From assembly GCA_051294905.1 (NCBI GenBank), contig CM119376.1, positions 4,216,001 to 4,249,000 on the forward strand: DNA of 33,000 bases, written 5' to 3'. Source of the DNA: Botryllus schlosseri. Taxonomy: Eukaryota. A program made the position numbers and the translations under genes. Below, piece by piece: positions 22,170-33,000 of this stretch. The notes below the pieces were generated by a model that saw only the letters and a list, made by a program, of their open reading frames with translations, searched no databases and was not told the origin of the DNA. How positions within the stretch are numbered: position 1 is the stretch's first letter; each line of letters starts with the position of its first letter.

Positions 22170-23405
22170 TCAAGAGAACATCGAAGTAATGACGAAAATG
22201 CTATCCCGAGAGTATCCAATAACAATATACAAATCGAAGATACGTTTGTTGTTTCAACGCGTTCTGCAAGCCTGTCGGTAATCCATAATTACTATATGGT
22301 TCCGGTGAACCCTGATCCTTTTTCGCACTAACAAAATGGCCGATTGAGCCTCTCCTTTCTTATCATGCAGCGAATCACTATGATTATCTAACCGTAGCAT
22401 GCTGTCCCCTTGCTTTCCTATGGCGAGTTTCTTGCCCTCTACAATTTTTCGGGTGACTGCGGCCGCCCTATTCCCAGAGCTCGCGCATCTCCGTATCGTG
22501 TTTACCAACAGCGGTACAGATTTGAGCCGCTTGACGTACTTAACATAACACATAAATAGTAACTCCATAGTTTCCTATACACCAAGTATGCGGCGGCAGA
22601 CAGACTGACTTTTGAAAGATAAATAGTAAGAAAGTTAATCTGTCACGCGTGAAGACACCCGTTCCGTTTTCCACATAGATACTTTCATGATGGATACGAC
22701 TCTCGGCTGCGGGCTTCCACTTTCCATAAACACGTTGACTACCCAAAACAGTGTTTTATCATCATCAAAACCAACTTTCTAACATAAAAGTGCGCCAGCT
22801 TGTTAAAGAGTGCGGTCATTAATAGTCGAGATGCGTAGGAGCGCGCGCCACAATCGCTATCTTCTGATGACTCGCCCCTTCTAATCCGTCGGTGTGCATC
22901 TTATGTCAAGTGAGGAAACACGACTCGTGCTAAAAAGTGGATAATTCGTGAATCAACTCGACTCTGTTACTGAGTGCCGATATGGCGTACTTAACCATAG
23001 GCACCAGGTTATGTGTCACAGCAAGACCAAAAATTATGTATGAGCATTGGAAATTCTTGCAACTATATAAAATGGTAACACATCCGTAGCTTTGTGATGT
23101 TGTTGCTTAGCTATACATGGCATATCAACTACATTGGTCATTTTACAATAGGCTCTTTTGATTCCGTATCTGCCGACTTGTCATCCTCACAACGCTAATA
23201 ATCCGTAATTCAAGTACGCTCAAAACTTCATTTTCTTTACACAGCCTCAGCCACAACATGCAAGAGTATAACGTGGTTCATTGATTTCTATAGTGGATGC
23301 ATAGTATGGATGTGGAATGTGGATGGCTGGATGCATTGCTTACAGCCTGAAACTTGAAATTTCTTGATTGTTTTCACCGTCACAGTTACTGCGTATGACC
23401 ATGAC

Positions 23406-23794
23406 CAGCCTTGGACAGCCGGATAATTCTAGTAGTTGTTTAATGAGACTAATTAGAGCGACATGCCGGTAATCTAATTCTAATCAAATTTGTGGAATGT
23501 TTCTTTGCTCTAATTGGGATTTTAACAATTATAATAAATAACATAATTCATATTTCGTGTTTACTTAATGCTACAGGATAACTGTATAGTGCGAAACGAA
23601 CCCGGTTTGTTGTACAGACATTTGCCATTGCTTAGGATAATGAACTGTGATTCGATATCAACTCAACTTCATTCAATTTCCAATTCAATTCCAATTCAGT
23701 AATTCTAATCTGATTTGGAAAAAAGCTATGCAGCTATAGTTCCAATTATTGTCTAATTAGGAAAAGCTGTAAATTTTCTAGTTATCCAAGTCTG
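23406..23794 (-). mobile_element. AATTAG-array hAT MITE copy (reverse orientation)
   Basis: Ends CAGCCTTGGA / TCCAAGTCTG; CTAATTCTAAT arrays; TSD degenerate (ACCATGAC/CATATGAC). Confidence 0.7.
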
Positions 23795-26049
23795 CATATG
23801 ACCCGACTATCTCGTTGAAGTCGCAAATGTAATAATTTGACATGGAGCTTGGGTAGAAATAAAAAGTCCAAATGCAGCTCCAGTTCGATCTTTCTTTAGA
23901 TTTGTAAAACCTACTCATTCTACTCATATATGACTCACTACAAGTGCGGTGACATCATATTTGTTGCGAATAGCTCGCTAGCATTTGTGATTAATCTGCC
24001 CATTACCCATGTAATTCTCCCAGCTACGAACCGTCATGTACGGATTATAATTCCAAAAGCATTCCTGGCACAAATCATAGCAGGTCTGATAAGATTGATT
24101 CAAATCATATATATTGTGGTTGTGGACTTGTGGTAGTCGGAAAACCATGTTTCGTGGGGGGCAGATACCTTATAGGCCTACATTATTCTATTGCATTCCC
24201 GATGTCTTATTCCTATATGGTTATAGGCTATTATACTCTTAAGCTAACGTGAATGAGATGACTATCTCCAAGCATTGCCCGGATATGATATAAAACTGAC
24301 ATCTGAAATTGAACCATCTACGATAGAACGGACATACGACACTAATCTACCCAACAATGATCTAACTTTGTAATCCGAGTACTGTCCAGTCCATATTTAC
24401 AAACTTACCAGGATTTGACATAGAATAATGAATATTTTCCATGCAGTACTATAAGGGTTAGGTGATGAATCTTTCCGTCATTGGGCGCTAAAATTACGAG
24501 CCAATTTCATTACATAACACATATTATATGAAAGACGCCCTCCCGCCTATCATAACATGAAGGCCTACTTTCTAGGGCAGGCGTATCAAAATCAATTTGG
24601 GTCGCGGTCCGGAATCAAATCCTTCAGTAGGGTGCTCATTATCGAGACTATACGTAATATATAGAGGATCTATTTATATACGTCACATATATTAAGGAAA
24701 TATTCTAACAACAATGTTATCCGCAAACATTGGTAAAACATTGGTCAAAATACATTGATTGGCCAAAAAAATACAGTTAAAAAACATTGAAACTTACTTC
24801 ATTGATCACGACGATTTATGTTGACATATTTATATGCTCTCTTTGTATGACTCGTAATAATGGTGTTGCTGGTAAATGGCCTTGTGTACGCATAGCTTGG
24901 GAGATTTGATGAAAATATATGTACCGCAACTGACATACTACGCTATTAGACTGAAGGGCCTTCTAAAGTTGAAGCCTATTGGCTGAGCGGTGATATATGG
25001 CATCTCCAGTTATTTAAAATAATATATCAAATACAAATTTCTAGCATTTCATTCTTCGACCAACGCAACATGCATTCTGCAGCGATCCCTGACCGTTCAA
25101 CCGTGAAGTTTATATCTCGTCTATTTATCTATAATTTATCGCGTCGTATTCTGGCAATAGATTATTATGATTACATCCTGTCGTAATTTACTTCAGGTAT
25201 AAAATGCCACCATTCGAGATAATCGAGTTATGTAGCTAGTCAGCTAAACCTATTACTTTACTCTAATTCTACCACAGTAATCCCTAAATCAATGCAATAC
25301 AACGGTATATACTTGTCGTGTCCGCCCCTGCAATAAACGCAATATTGCGATTGGACGATGACAATGGGTCATATGAATATGTCAGACGGTGGTTGTCTTG
25401 AGAGAGTATTATTTGCTTGAAAGTATATTTCTTTATTTCATATCTGGGCTCTTGATGAAAATGGGCTGTGTATTACGGGAAATCTGTAGTTAATCAGCAG
25501 AGCATCGCGGGTCGGATGAGACCGTCCGGCGAGCACTATCTTTGATACGCTTGTTCGAGGGATATCGGGGTAATTCCAATCAGCAATATTACTTGACATA
25601 ACTGTGACTCCTAATCACTACCGCTTTGCAGTTACGTCACGTTGCGGTTTCTGTGGTTTTGGCCGAGATACCGTATAATCACCGTACTTCAATTATTACG
25701 TATGCGCAACGATGACTATGCCGTTAAGTGGATTAGTCTTCTGGAATAGATAAACAATTATTCGAGTCGCGTGCGGAATGACGACGTTATAGTTTATCTA
25801 TCATCTATATCTAATTAACGTAAAGGGGCGGTACGTATCGAATCGTAGTTAGCGACAGTGTATGCAGCTCAGACAAGAGTTTTAAAACGGTCCAACTGTC
25901 AGAATGAGATCGTTCCGACCCGGTTTACGCCAACTTATTATTTTATACTAGTTATACTTCATACTTTTCAATTTTTAAACAAAACTAAGCCTAGAATATC
26001 TATATTCTTTAATTATTACTTGGAAATATCTATTCCTCATTGATTAGAA

Positions 26050-26110
26050 ATTTACATCTTTACTTCTACTTCTACTTGAGGACCAATGATGACGACTTTC
26101 ACCACCTCTC
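26050..26110 (+). repeat. Right-end fragment of an AAGTAG-family MITE just upstream of the full copy
   Basis: CTTCTACTTCTACTTGAG...GACGACTTTCACCACCTCT matches the 3' end of 26125-26813. Confidence 0.5.
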
Positions 26111-26124
26111 TATATACATATGAC

Positions 26125-26813
26125 CAGAGGTGGTCAGTAACGAAGTACTTCTACTTTTTGAAGTACTCAAGTAGTTTTCCTATACTTTGCAACTTACTCA
26201 GGTAGATGTAATTTCCCGCTACTTCTACTTCGTAATATTTTGTGATCTACTTACTCACTTTTCGCTATGTTCAGTTTGTCAAGTAGAAGTAGTTTAATCT
26301 TCCAAACCTGAGGAATTTCGGGGGTGTTTTCACAAAGTATCAACATTTAATTTCCATAAAAGTTGAGTAAAGCGAAGAGCTTTCGCTGCGCTTCGCGCAC
26401 AGTGGATATGGTGTGACCAATATGATTTCACAAAAGTATCGGTGAATATAATTTAGGTAGCGGGTTGCGTGGTTCCGTTCACACCGTATTGTCGCCCATA
26501 TGAAATATTTCATCACAGTATAAATGGCTCATCATAACGTTTAAAACTGATGTTTCGCAATCTGGTATTTACTTATCATATCGTAATCTAACTCAATTTG
26601 CAGCATTTGACAATCCATGAGAACGAATTGCAATCGTTTTCACAACTACTTACTTACTTGAGTAGAGTTAAAGTCAGTCAATTCTACTTCTACTTCAAGT
26701 ATTTTAGGTTGCTTATGGAAGAAGTATTTCTACTCGTACTTGAGTAGATTTTTTCGTTGCTACTTCAACTACTTCTACTTGAGTAGCTTTCTTGACTACT
26801 TTGACCACTTATG
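26125..26813 (+). mobile_element. AAGTAG/CTACTT-array hAT MITE (689 bp)
   Basis: TIRs CAGAGGTGGTCA / TGACCACTTATG (10/12), perfect 8-bp TSD CATATGAC. Confidence 0.88.
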
Positions 26814-27529
26814 CATATGACGATACTAAAAGGCATATGAGTGGGTATCTGAACGAGTCGCGACAGACCAAAGACCTGATTAGTAACATGACTTCCCCGT
26901 TTGGCGCTCAGCATTACCGGGATAGCAGGGGGAGTGGTACAAGCCTAACAAGGCTATTTCTGCTCCTTCCTTATCCAGCGGCATATTCACATCATGCACT
27001 CATGGTATGAATATGCATAATTGCATATGCTCAGATTGTGTGCGTATATATCATGAGTGGGTGCATTGCATACATGTATAAGCCGCAAAACACACACCAA
27101 GGACAAAAATATACAACGCCCTATTCCCCTCTCCTTCATAGCATTGATTTGGTATATCTTATTATGCTTTTATTTTTCTAGATTTTTATACTGTCTGAAC
27201 TGAACCACGGCTTCTGACTGAAAAAGTAATATTAGAATTCCGGTCGCGCATGATTGAGCCCAGCAGAGTTCCGAATTAGCGAGAAATACACTTCTGCCTT
27301 AATACGTGTCGCGATGGACTTCGCTCCATAATCGTGCGGTAAATCAGACTGATTTTCTCCAATTTCGATCAAAGAACACTCGTGTCCTCCTGTTTTAGCA
27401 TATTGGGATCATGCATGTCTCAGAATTCACAAAGCCGATCGGAGCGAAAAGGTTCTAAAATCTGTGGTCGCCACAACACGTATACTTATGCTTTTGGCGA
27501 GCTTCGTGAAGGTATACAGTTATACTCCA

Positions 27530-27660
27530 ATATATAATTGAATAGTATATTCATATTGGAATGAACCTGTATAATTTCGCCTGGCACTCAATATCAGGGG
27601 TAATCGTCAGCAACTAGTAGAGAATTGGAAATAACATTACATATCGACAATCGTATTACC
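27530..27660 (-). mobile_element. Hammerhead-repeat family copy E (degenerate)
   Basis: CAGGGGTAATCGTCAGCAACTAGTAGAGAATTGGAAA is shared with the family; the core carries an insertion (CTGATATTGA). Confidence 0.65.
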
Positions 27661-27817
27661 AAATAAGACGTCCCAACGTCCTCTAAAGCTTGGACGCGGC
27701 TAGAATTAGTGTCGGATCAACATCGCTAGTATTAGGATGGAATCGCGAGTTTTGCTGATGCTTAAATTGTTTTATTAAGCACTCAGATCTCAATTGCGCG
27801 TGATGCGGATTAGTTAA

Positions 27818-28271
27818 CACTTTGACTGCCAACAATCCTAAATATAGGATTTTACTCAATCCCATAAACTGCCAGCGATCCTATATTTAGGATATTTTTG
27901 AAATGAGTACAGTAAAGTCTGGAATTGGTTTCATCCCCGGATTACGGCTGTATCCGAGGCTACTGAATAGGCTTGTTGTCATAAACCCCCATTTTCGTTG
28001 CCGGAAGTATTTTTTTAAAATCACATTTGCATACAATAGGTCAACCTTTTTTTGGTTTGACCACTAGGTGGCTTTTCATAAAATGAGCAGCAAAAAAATT
28101 GAATTATTTTTATAATTCCTTAATGTTGAAAAAAATTTTTTTTTTCATAAGTTGTGCAAGGTTTGCACTTATCAGCACGCCCGATTCCAGCCAAATATCC
28201 AACTAGTCGAAAATTCATTGTTCGCTGGCGTTTACTGGCAATTTCCATAATAGGCCTTGGCAGCTAAAGTG
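27818..28271. mobile_element. piggyBac-type MITE (454 bp)
   Basis: TTAA on both sides (27814-27817, 28272-28275); TIRs CACTTTGACTGCC / GGCAGCTAAAGTG (11/13). Confidence 0.75.
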
Positions 28272-29069
28272 TTAAATACTTGAAATAGGGGTGAACTAAA
28301 TCGTTAAAAATCTCAAAGAAGACACCGTACCTGTCGAGTGATCGGGTTTATCTGTCAGCGAGACTACGTTTTCCTGTTTCAAAACTAGCCAAATTTTATT
28401 GACTTGCAAATATATCGTTTTGCAAACGCAACCAATCTGTACATTCTTTCGGATTTGTCGACTTTTGCCGATGCAAAAACTAGCTCTCCCTACCCCAGAG
28501 CGTTACTGCATCGTTATAAGATAAGGCGGCCGACGAAGGATCTGCAAGGGATTTTCAGAGTCGTGGGTCGTGGGAAAATATATCGACTTACAGATTGGTA
28601 CCGCCCCCCACTTTGATTCCACACCGTGACGAAGCGGGGGATTGCACTTACGGGTAATTGCAATCTCAGCTGGGTTAGTAACTTAAGATCATGACTGAAG
28701 TTTAACGTAAACTGACAATAATACGGCTAAGTTGTGGCTCAACGACACAACACGGGATGCGTGGCGCCTACTAAAACTACCCAAATAGTCTCAGCGTCTC
28801 AGATCCCAGCGCGACTTTTCTGTGTCTTTATGTAACCCGTCTTTACGTTGCCTTAAACCATTGATATTTTCTAAATAATCGGATTCGTCTTGAATCCCAG
28901 TGATATTCGAAATGGTAGGAGATTGATCTGGTGGTGATTCCCGTTCCTGAGCTATCCGGGATTAACTCACGTGCGACGTGTGTACAATCCTATTTGTTTC
29001 AAACGAATGGGCGTATTACGACTGTCCCTGAACCATCAACGTTTTTGTCTGCTTAATATGGACTGTGAG

Positions 29070-29385
29070 CAGACTTGGACAACTTTATGAATATAGTTGT
29101 CTAATTTAGAACAGATGCCGGTAATCTATAATTCTAATCTAGATTATCAAATGTTTATTTGCTCCAATTCTAATTCTAATCTAATTTCTGCTTTTCCTAA
29201 AAATGCTAGAGGGGAACTGCAGTACGAACCGAGCTAAGCTTGGTGTACAGACATTTCCGGTTCTCGTGCTTATGAGGAAGAACGCTGACTTGATATGAAC
29301 TGATCTTTATTCAATTTCCAAGTTTTCTCGAATTCAGTAATTCTAATTCTAATTTAATTTGATCCATATGTTATAGTCCAAATTG
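29070..29385 (-). mobile_element. AATTAG-array hAT MITE copy (reverse orientation)
   Basis: Left end CAGACTTGGACAACT, CTAATTCTAAT arrays, family core TGTACAGACATTTCCGGTTCTCGTG. Right end approximate. Confidence 0.68.
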
Positions 29386-29564
29386 GATGAGAATTATCGC
29401 CACTAGCTTCCATCGCCTCTGTCCTATGCAGAATGTCCTGTCCACAGATATATGAAGACGAAATATTTGCCAATAAACAGCAACCCAATTATACGAAACA
29501 GGATTTTTGTGACAATTGCTTACATAATTAGACTAATACTCAAGATCTATCAATATGCTATATA

Positions 29565-29925
29565 CTGGGTTATCATATTTTCATATCCGAAAAAGAGGGC
29601 ACTTTATTCAACTTTCAATAACAGATATAAAACGGGAACCTATACCTATAATTGGGATTATGTGTGTTGACTTTTTATTAGTTAACCTTCGCGGCAATGC
29701 CCGAAAACCCAGTTTTCACGTGTGTAGTTTGTGTCGTGTTGAACTTTTATAGTGTTCGCTGTCTAATCGCCTGAAACTCAAAGCAGAATAAGAGGACGGC
29801 ATGTGAAAAAAGAGGACATTTGGGCGTCCTCAGAAGACATTTTACCTTTATTGAAACAAGAGGTCAAATCCCCCTAAAAGAGGGCATTTGGTATCCCTAC
29901 AGGGTATCCCTATATGGTATCCCTA
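29565..29925 (+). mobile_element. GAGGACA-motif (Blackjack-like) hAT MITE with triplicated right terminus
   Basis: Left CTGGGTTATCATATTT...GAAAAAGAGGGCAC; right GAGGACATTTGGGCGTCCTC...GGTATCCCTA three times. Related fragments at about 1127-1220 (minus) and 2655-2750 (plus). Confidence 0.65.
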
Positions 29926-30425
29926 TATATTTGACAACTATTAGAATAAAAATTTCTTTTCAAAGCGCGATATTCTAGAAATCCAACACTTAGATATATT
30001 GTGGCCCATCTCGATCATTTGCTACAACGGTGGTCAGTAAAATATTGGAAGATTCATCACATAAAACAGTAATTAATAGAATATAACAAGTATATTATAC
30101 GTCCATAACCCTCATCTGCCTGTATACTGGGCGCATTGATTCGCTAAAGATCCTACTCCTTGAAACAATAACCGGTATATATTGTCTACTTCTGGAAATC
30201 TGGAATCAGACGCTGTGTTTCCTTTGATTGATATGCAATATGATGCAATTGTCTTCTGTTTTACGGCGGATACCCGTACTGTCGTAACACACTCAATATA
30301 TATGTGGTACCGGCACTGGTTTAGTCGAGACAGGGACAACTGAAAAAAATTTCACATTTTTTGAGATGAGTTCATTTTTTCACGGAAATTTCAGTTTTAA
30401 ATCTTTACTTGATTAAACCAGCAAG

Positions 30426-31552
30426 TAGAGTTGGATGGCAAGAGAATTTTCAAATTAGATTAGAATTAGAGTTAAATTATAGCTTCACCGGCCTTCCAAA
30501 TTAGACCAGAATTAGAATTATAGTTAGCCTACAGTTGTTTTTACAAATTAGATGAGAAATCGAAAACCAGGAAATTAAATCTACTTCAGTTCGCATCAAA
30601 TAAGAGATCATTCTAATAAGCATGTGAATAAAAAATGTTTCCACAGCAAGCTTGGCTCGTTTTGTATATGCGACTATATACAGTTCTCGGTAACATGTTC
30701 ATTAGGGCTCTTCAAAAATGACTTTTTTTCTCAAATCGTACTGGATACTTTATAAAATTGTCAGATTAGCTAATTTTAGCCTACACACAAAATTTGGTTC
30801 AATTCCAGCCAGTAACCGCTTTGCTACAGGAGAAGAAAGTTTCTATTTTTTATATAAAAATAAATAATAAAAATGTTGAAAATTTTCTGTTAACCCCGTG
30901 AAAGTGTTAGGCTGTCTATAGAAACGATGCTCACCAAATTTGGTTCAATTCCAACCAGTGGAAGCGGAGTTATTGCCGTCGAAAAATTGTGATTTCAATA
31001 AAATAGTATTTACGGTGGCCGATCCTTTGTTTATTTACTATAGTTGTGCTCACCGTAAATACTATTTTATTGAAATCACAATTTTTCGACGGCAATAACT
31101 CCGCTTTCGCGGGTTGGAATTGAACCAAATTTGGTGAGCATCCTTTCTATATACAGCCTAACACTTTCATGGGGTGAACAGAAAATTTTCAAAATTTTTA
31201 TTATTTATTTTTATGTAATAAATAAAAACTTTCTTCTCCTGTAGCAAAGCGGTTACTGGCTGGAATTGAACCAAATTTTGTGTGTAGGCTTAAATTAGGT
31301 GACCTAACAATTTTATCACGTAGCCAGTACGATTTAAGAAAAAAAGTCATTTTTGAAGAGCCCTAATGTTCATGGGAACCGCGAATTGGATTAGAACCAA
31401 TATGATCGCATAGAAACAGTTCACACATTGGATTAAAATTAGAATTGGGGCAAAGAAACATCTCACAAATTAGACTAGATGTTAGATCAACGCCAGTTCG
31501 CTCTATAATTAGTCAAATTAGATAACTAGAATCATCTAGCTTTCCAAGTCTG
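30426..31552 (+). mobile_element. AATTAG-array hAT MITE split by a nested foldback element
   Basis: Ends TAGAGTTGGA / TCCAAGTCTG; TSD CCAGCAAG/CTAGCAAC (6/8); the family core continues across the insertion. Confidence 0.7.
30703..31365. mobile_element. Foldback element (663 bp) with about 315-bp inverted arms and a 33-bp spacer
   Basis: Arms 30703-31017 and 31051-31365 are near-perfect reverse complements starting TAGGGCTCTTCAAAAATGAC; perfect 8-bp TSD ATGTTCAT (30695-30702, 31366-31373). Confidence 0.92.
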
Positions 31553-31673
31553 CTAGCAACCTTATACTTGATATAAAAACAAAAGCGGTATTCATTTCAA
31601 TAATTCGCAGCATCAAAATATTGAGTTTGAAAACCGCCCGTACAGTCCAAGTTGTTCGCCGGTGGCTATACAC

Positions 31674-32250
31674 CAGTGGTCGGGAACCTTTTTCATCCGA
31701 AGAGCCATATTGACCCTATATTTTCCATTTTAACTCCTAAAGAGCCATACATGCGAATCAGCTATTACGTCACAATTGAAAAATCGTGACGTAATCGTAG
31801 GACAAATTCGAAATTACTAAATGGGATTCGTCGTTTGCACCTATTTCCTCGGTAAAAACTCGTAATAATCATGCTGATCGTCTTATTGGAGTAATGAGTA
31901 TGCAAACTTGAGTTACATAGATCTTTTGCAAGTTATATATTTTTATTTGATTTGAACTGAGGGGCCGGTGATATTTTGTGAGGCTCAAGACAAGTAACAT
32001 TTAGAATTCCAACAGACGTAGACAACAGTAAAAGTATGAATATACTTTTTACACGCTTTTTACAGTTTATGCATCTTTTGATGTTGCATGCTGGTATTCC
32101 TTATGGCTTTGTAGTTTGGTTGATAATTGTTGTTCATACAAAATTTGAGACTTTCTTCAGTTATACGAGATCGTAGGCTCGTCTTGATGCTTCTCTTAAA
32201 TGCGAGGACCCATGGTGATATACGTAGGTTGAGCCAGACATGGTCACTAT
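31674..32250 (-). mobile_element. 3' remnant of a hAT-Charlie transposon
   Basis: Terminus CAGTGGTCGGGAACCTTTT at 31674 lies downstream, on minus, of a transposase C-terminal remnant. Other terminus not found. Confidence 0.6.
32060..32241 (-). pseudogene. Frameshifted C-terminal fragment of a hAT (Charlie/GTF2IRD2-like) transposase dimerisation domain
   Basis: One frame reads MSGSTYVYHHGSSHLR, then after a frameshift SIKTSLRSRITEESLKFCMNNNYQPNYKAIRNTSMQHQKMH. This resembles the FGSTYxCE..FS....IKT..RSRLT..L....Y.PN.......Q...H* end of Charlie-type transposases, recognised from memory. Confidence 0.65.
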
Positions 32251-32287
32251 ACAGCAGTATACATACCCACTGTAATGTGTGATGTGT

Positions 32288-32440
32288 CAGTGACGTGGGG
32301 TCAGGGGAGGCAGGTGACGCAGCGCCTCACCTACCTACCAGATTTCGAACATTTTTACTACCAAATTGTTCGAAAACACAGCGCGAAAGGTGAGGTATGG
32401 CATATGTGAGGCACGGCTGGGCCATGCCTTACCTTACCTG
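32288..32440 (+). mobile_element. Probable DNA-transposon terminus with GCCTCACC/GGTGAGGC motifs
   Basis: Starts CAGTGACGTGGGGTCAGGGGAGGCAGGTGACGCAGCGCCTCACC with repeated GCCTCACC-like motifs; partner end not seen. Confidence 0.4.
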
Positions 32441-33000
32441 TGATAGCGCAATTCGTCGTAAATTTCATGGAACTTATAATAACTGATATTAATCGAATGT
32501 ATTTGTCGGACTGATTCCGATTCGATATCTCAATTTGGCGGTATTCGGCGGTATCATAACGTTGCGCCACTCGCCTATATTTTAACAGTTACTATAAAGC
32601 TACGTTGTCAATCAATAACATGGATGGCTAGGGCGTTGTTTATAGTTTGAACTTGTAATTGTGAATGTCTCTTCCACCCACGACAGTTCATTTCTCGCCG
32701 TAGATCAGGAAGAAAATGTGTATTTGTAAACTGCATTGTGATGAAGGCGCCGCCATGTCTCCTATAGTCTCTTTGATCAATCAACGTATCGTGCAATCCA
32801 GGATTTCGTGGCGGGTATATCGAAATCCGGTGTTATATTGGTCGCTGGTGATACAGTAGCTTAAATTTGTGGATTTTGAAAAGGGGGTCCGAGCCCCAAA
32901 CCCTTAATACGCTACTGTATAAACTTCTCATAGACATGTTTATACTACCAAAATAACAATTATACTGGTGGTACTGATGATTAAATAACAAGTTGCTGCA

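Noticed and set aside
22254-22746. Moderately GC-rich segment with 104-aa and 68-aa ORFs
   Set aside because: No recognisable domain or consistent splice structure in any frame; could be regulatory, but unsupported.
32358-32570. ORF starting MAQRYD, resembling the Meis N-terminus, with a strong minus-strand donor at 32438
   Set aside because: The first codon is GTG, not ATG; similarity stops after six residues; the donor lies within GCCTCACC-type transposon-end motifs.

Overview
Eukaryotic, AT-rich animal genomic DNA; an invertebrate chordate such as an ascidian is plausible but is only inference. The one host gene I can recognise is a minus-strand Uncx/unc-4-type paired-class homeobox gene. 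Coding exon 1 (11021-10727) is His/Pro/Tyr-rich, and exon 2 (6311-6151) encodes homeodomain residues 1-46. The exon that should start VWFQNRRAK is not in the window and must lie beyond the left edge. By hand tally roughly a third of the window is transposon-derived: many hAT-type MITEs with 8-bp TSDs (two nested), a 663-bp foldback element, a TTAA piggyBac-type MITE, a tRNA-derived SINE family and a decayed Charlie-type transposase 3' end. Most notable are (1) a dispersed ~130-bp repeat carrying a minimal type-I hammerhead ribozyme motif with a palindromic helix III and a compensatory base pair (Penelope-like/retrozyme type), including an inverted pair just upstream of Uncx, and (2) two perfect paired-homeodomain P3 dimer sites 30 bp apart in Uncx intron 2. 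All alignments and counts were done by eye.
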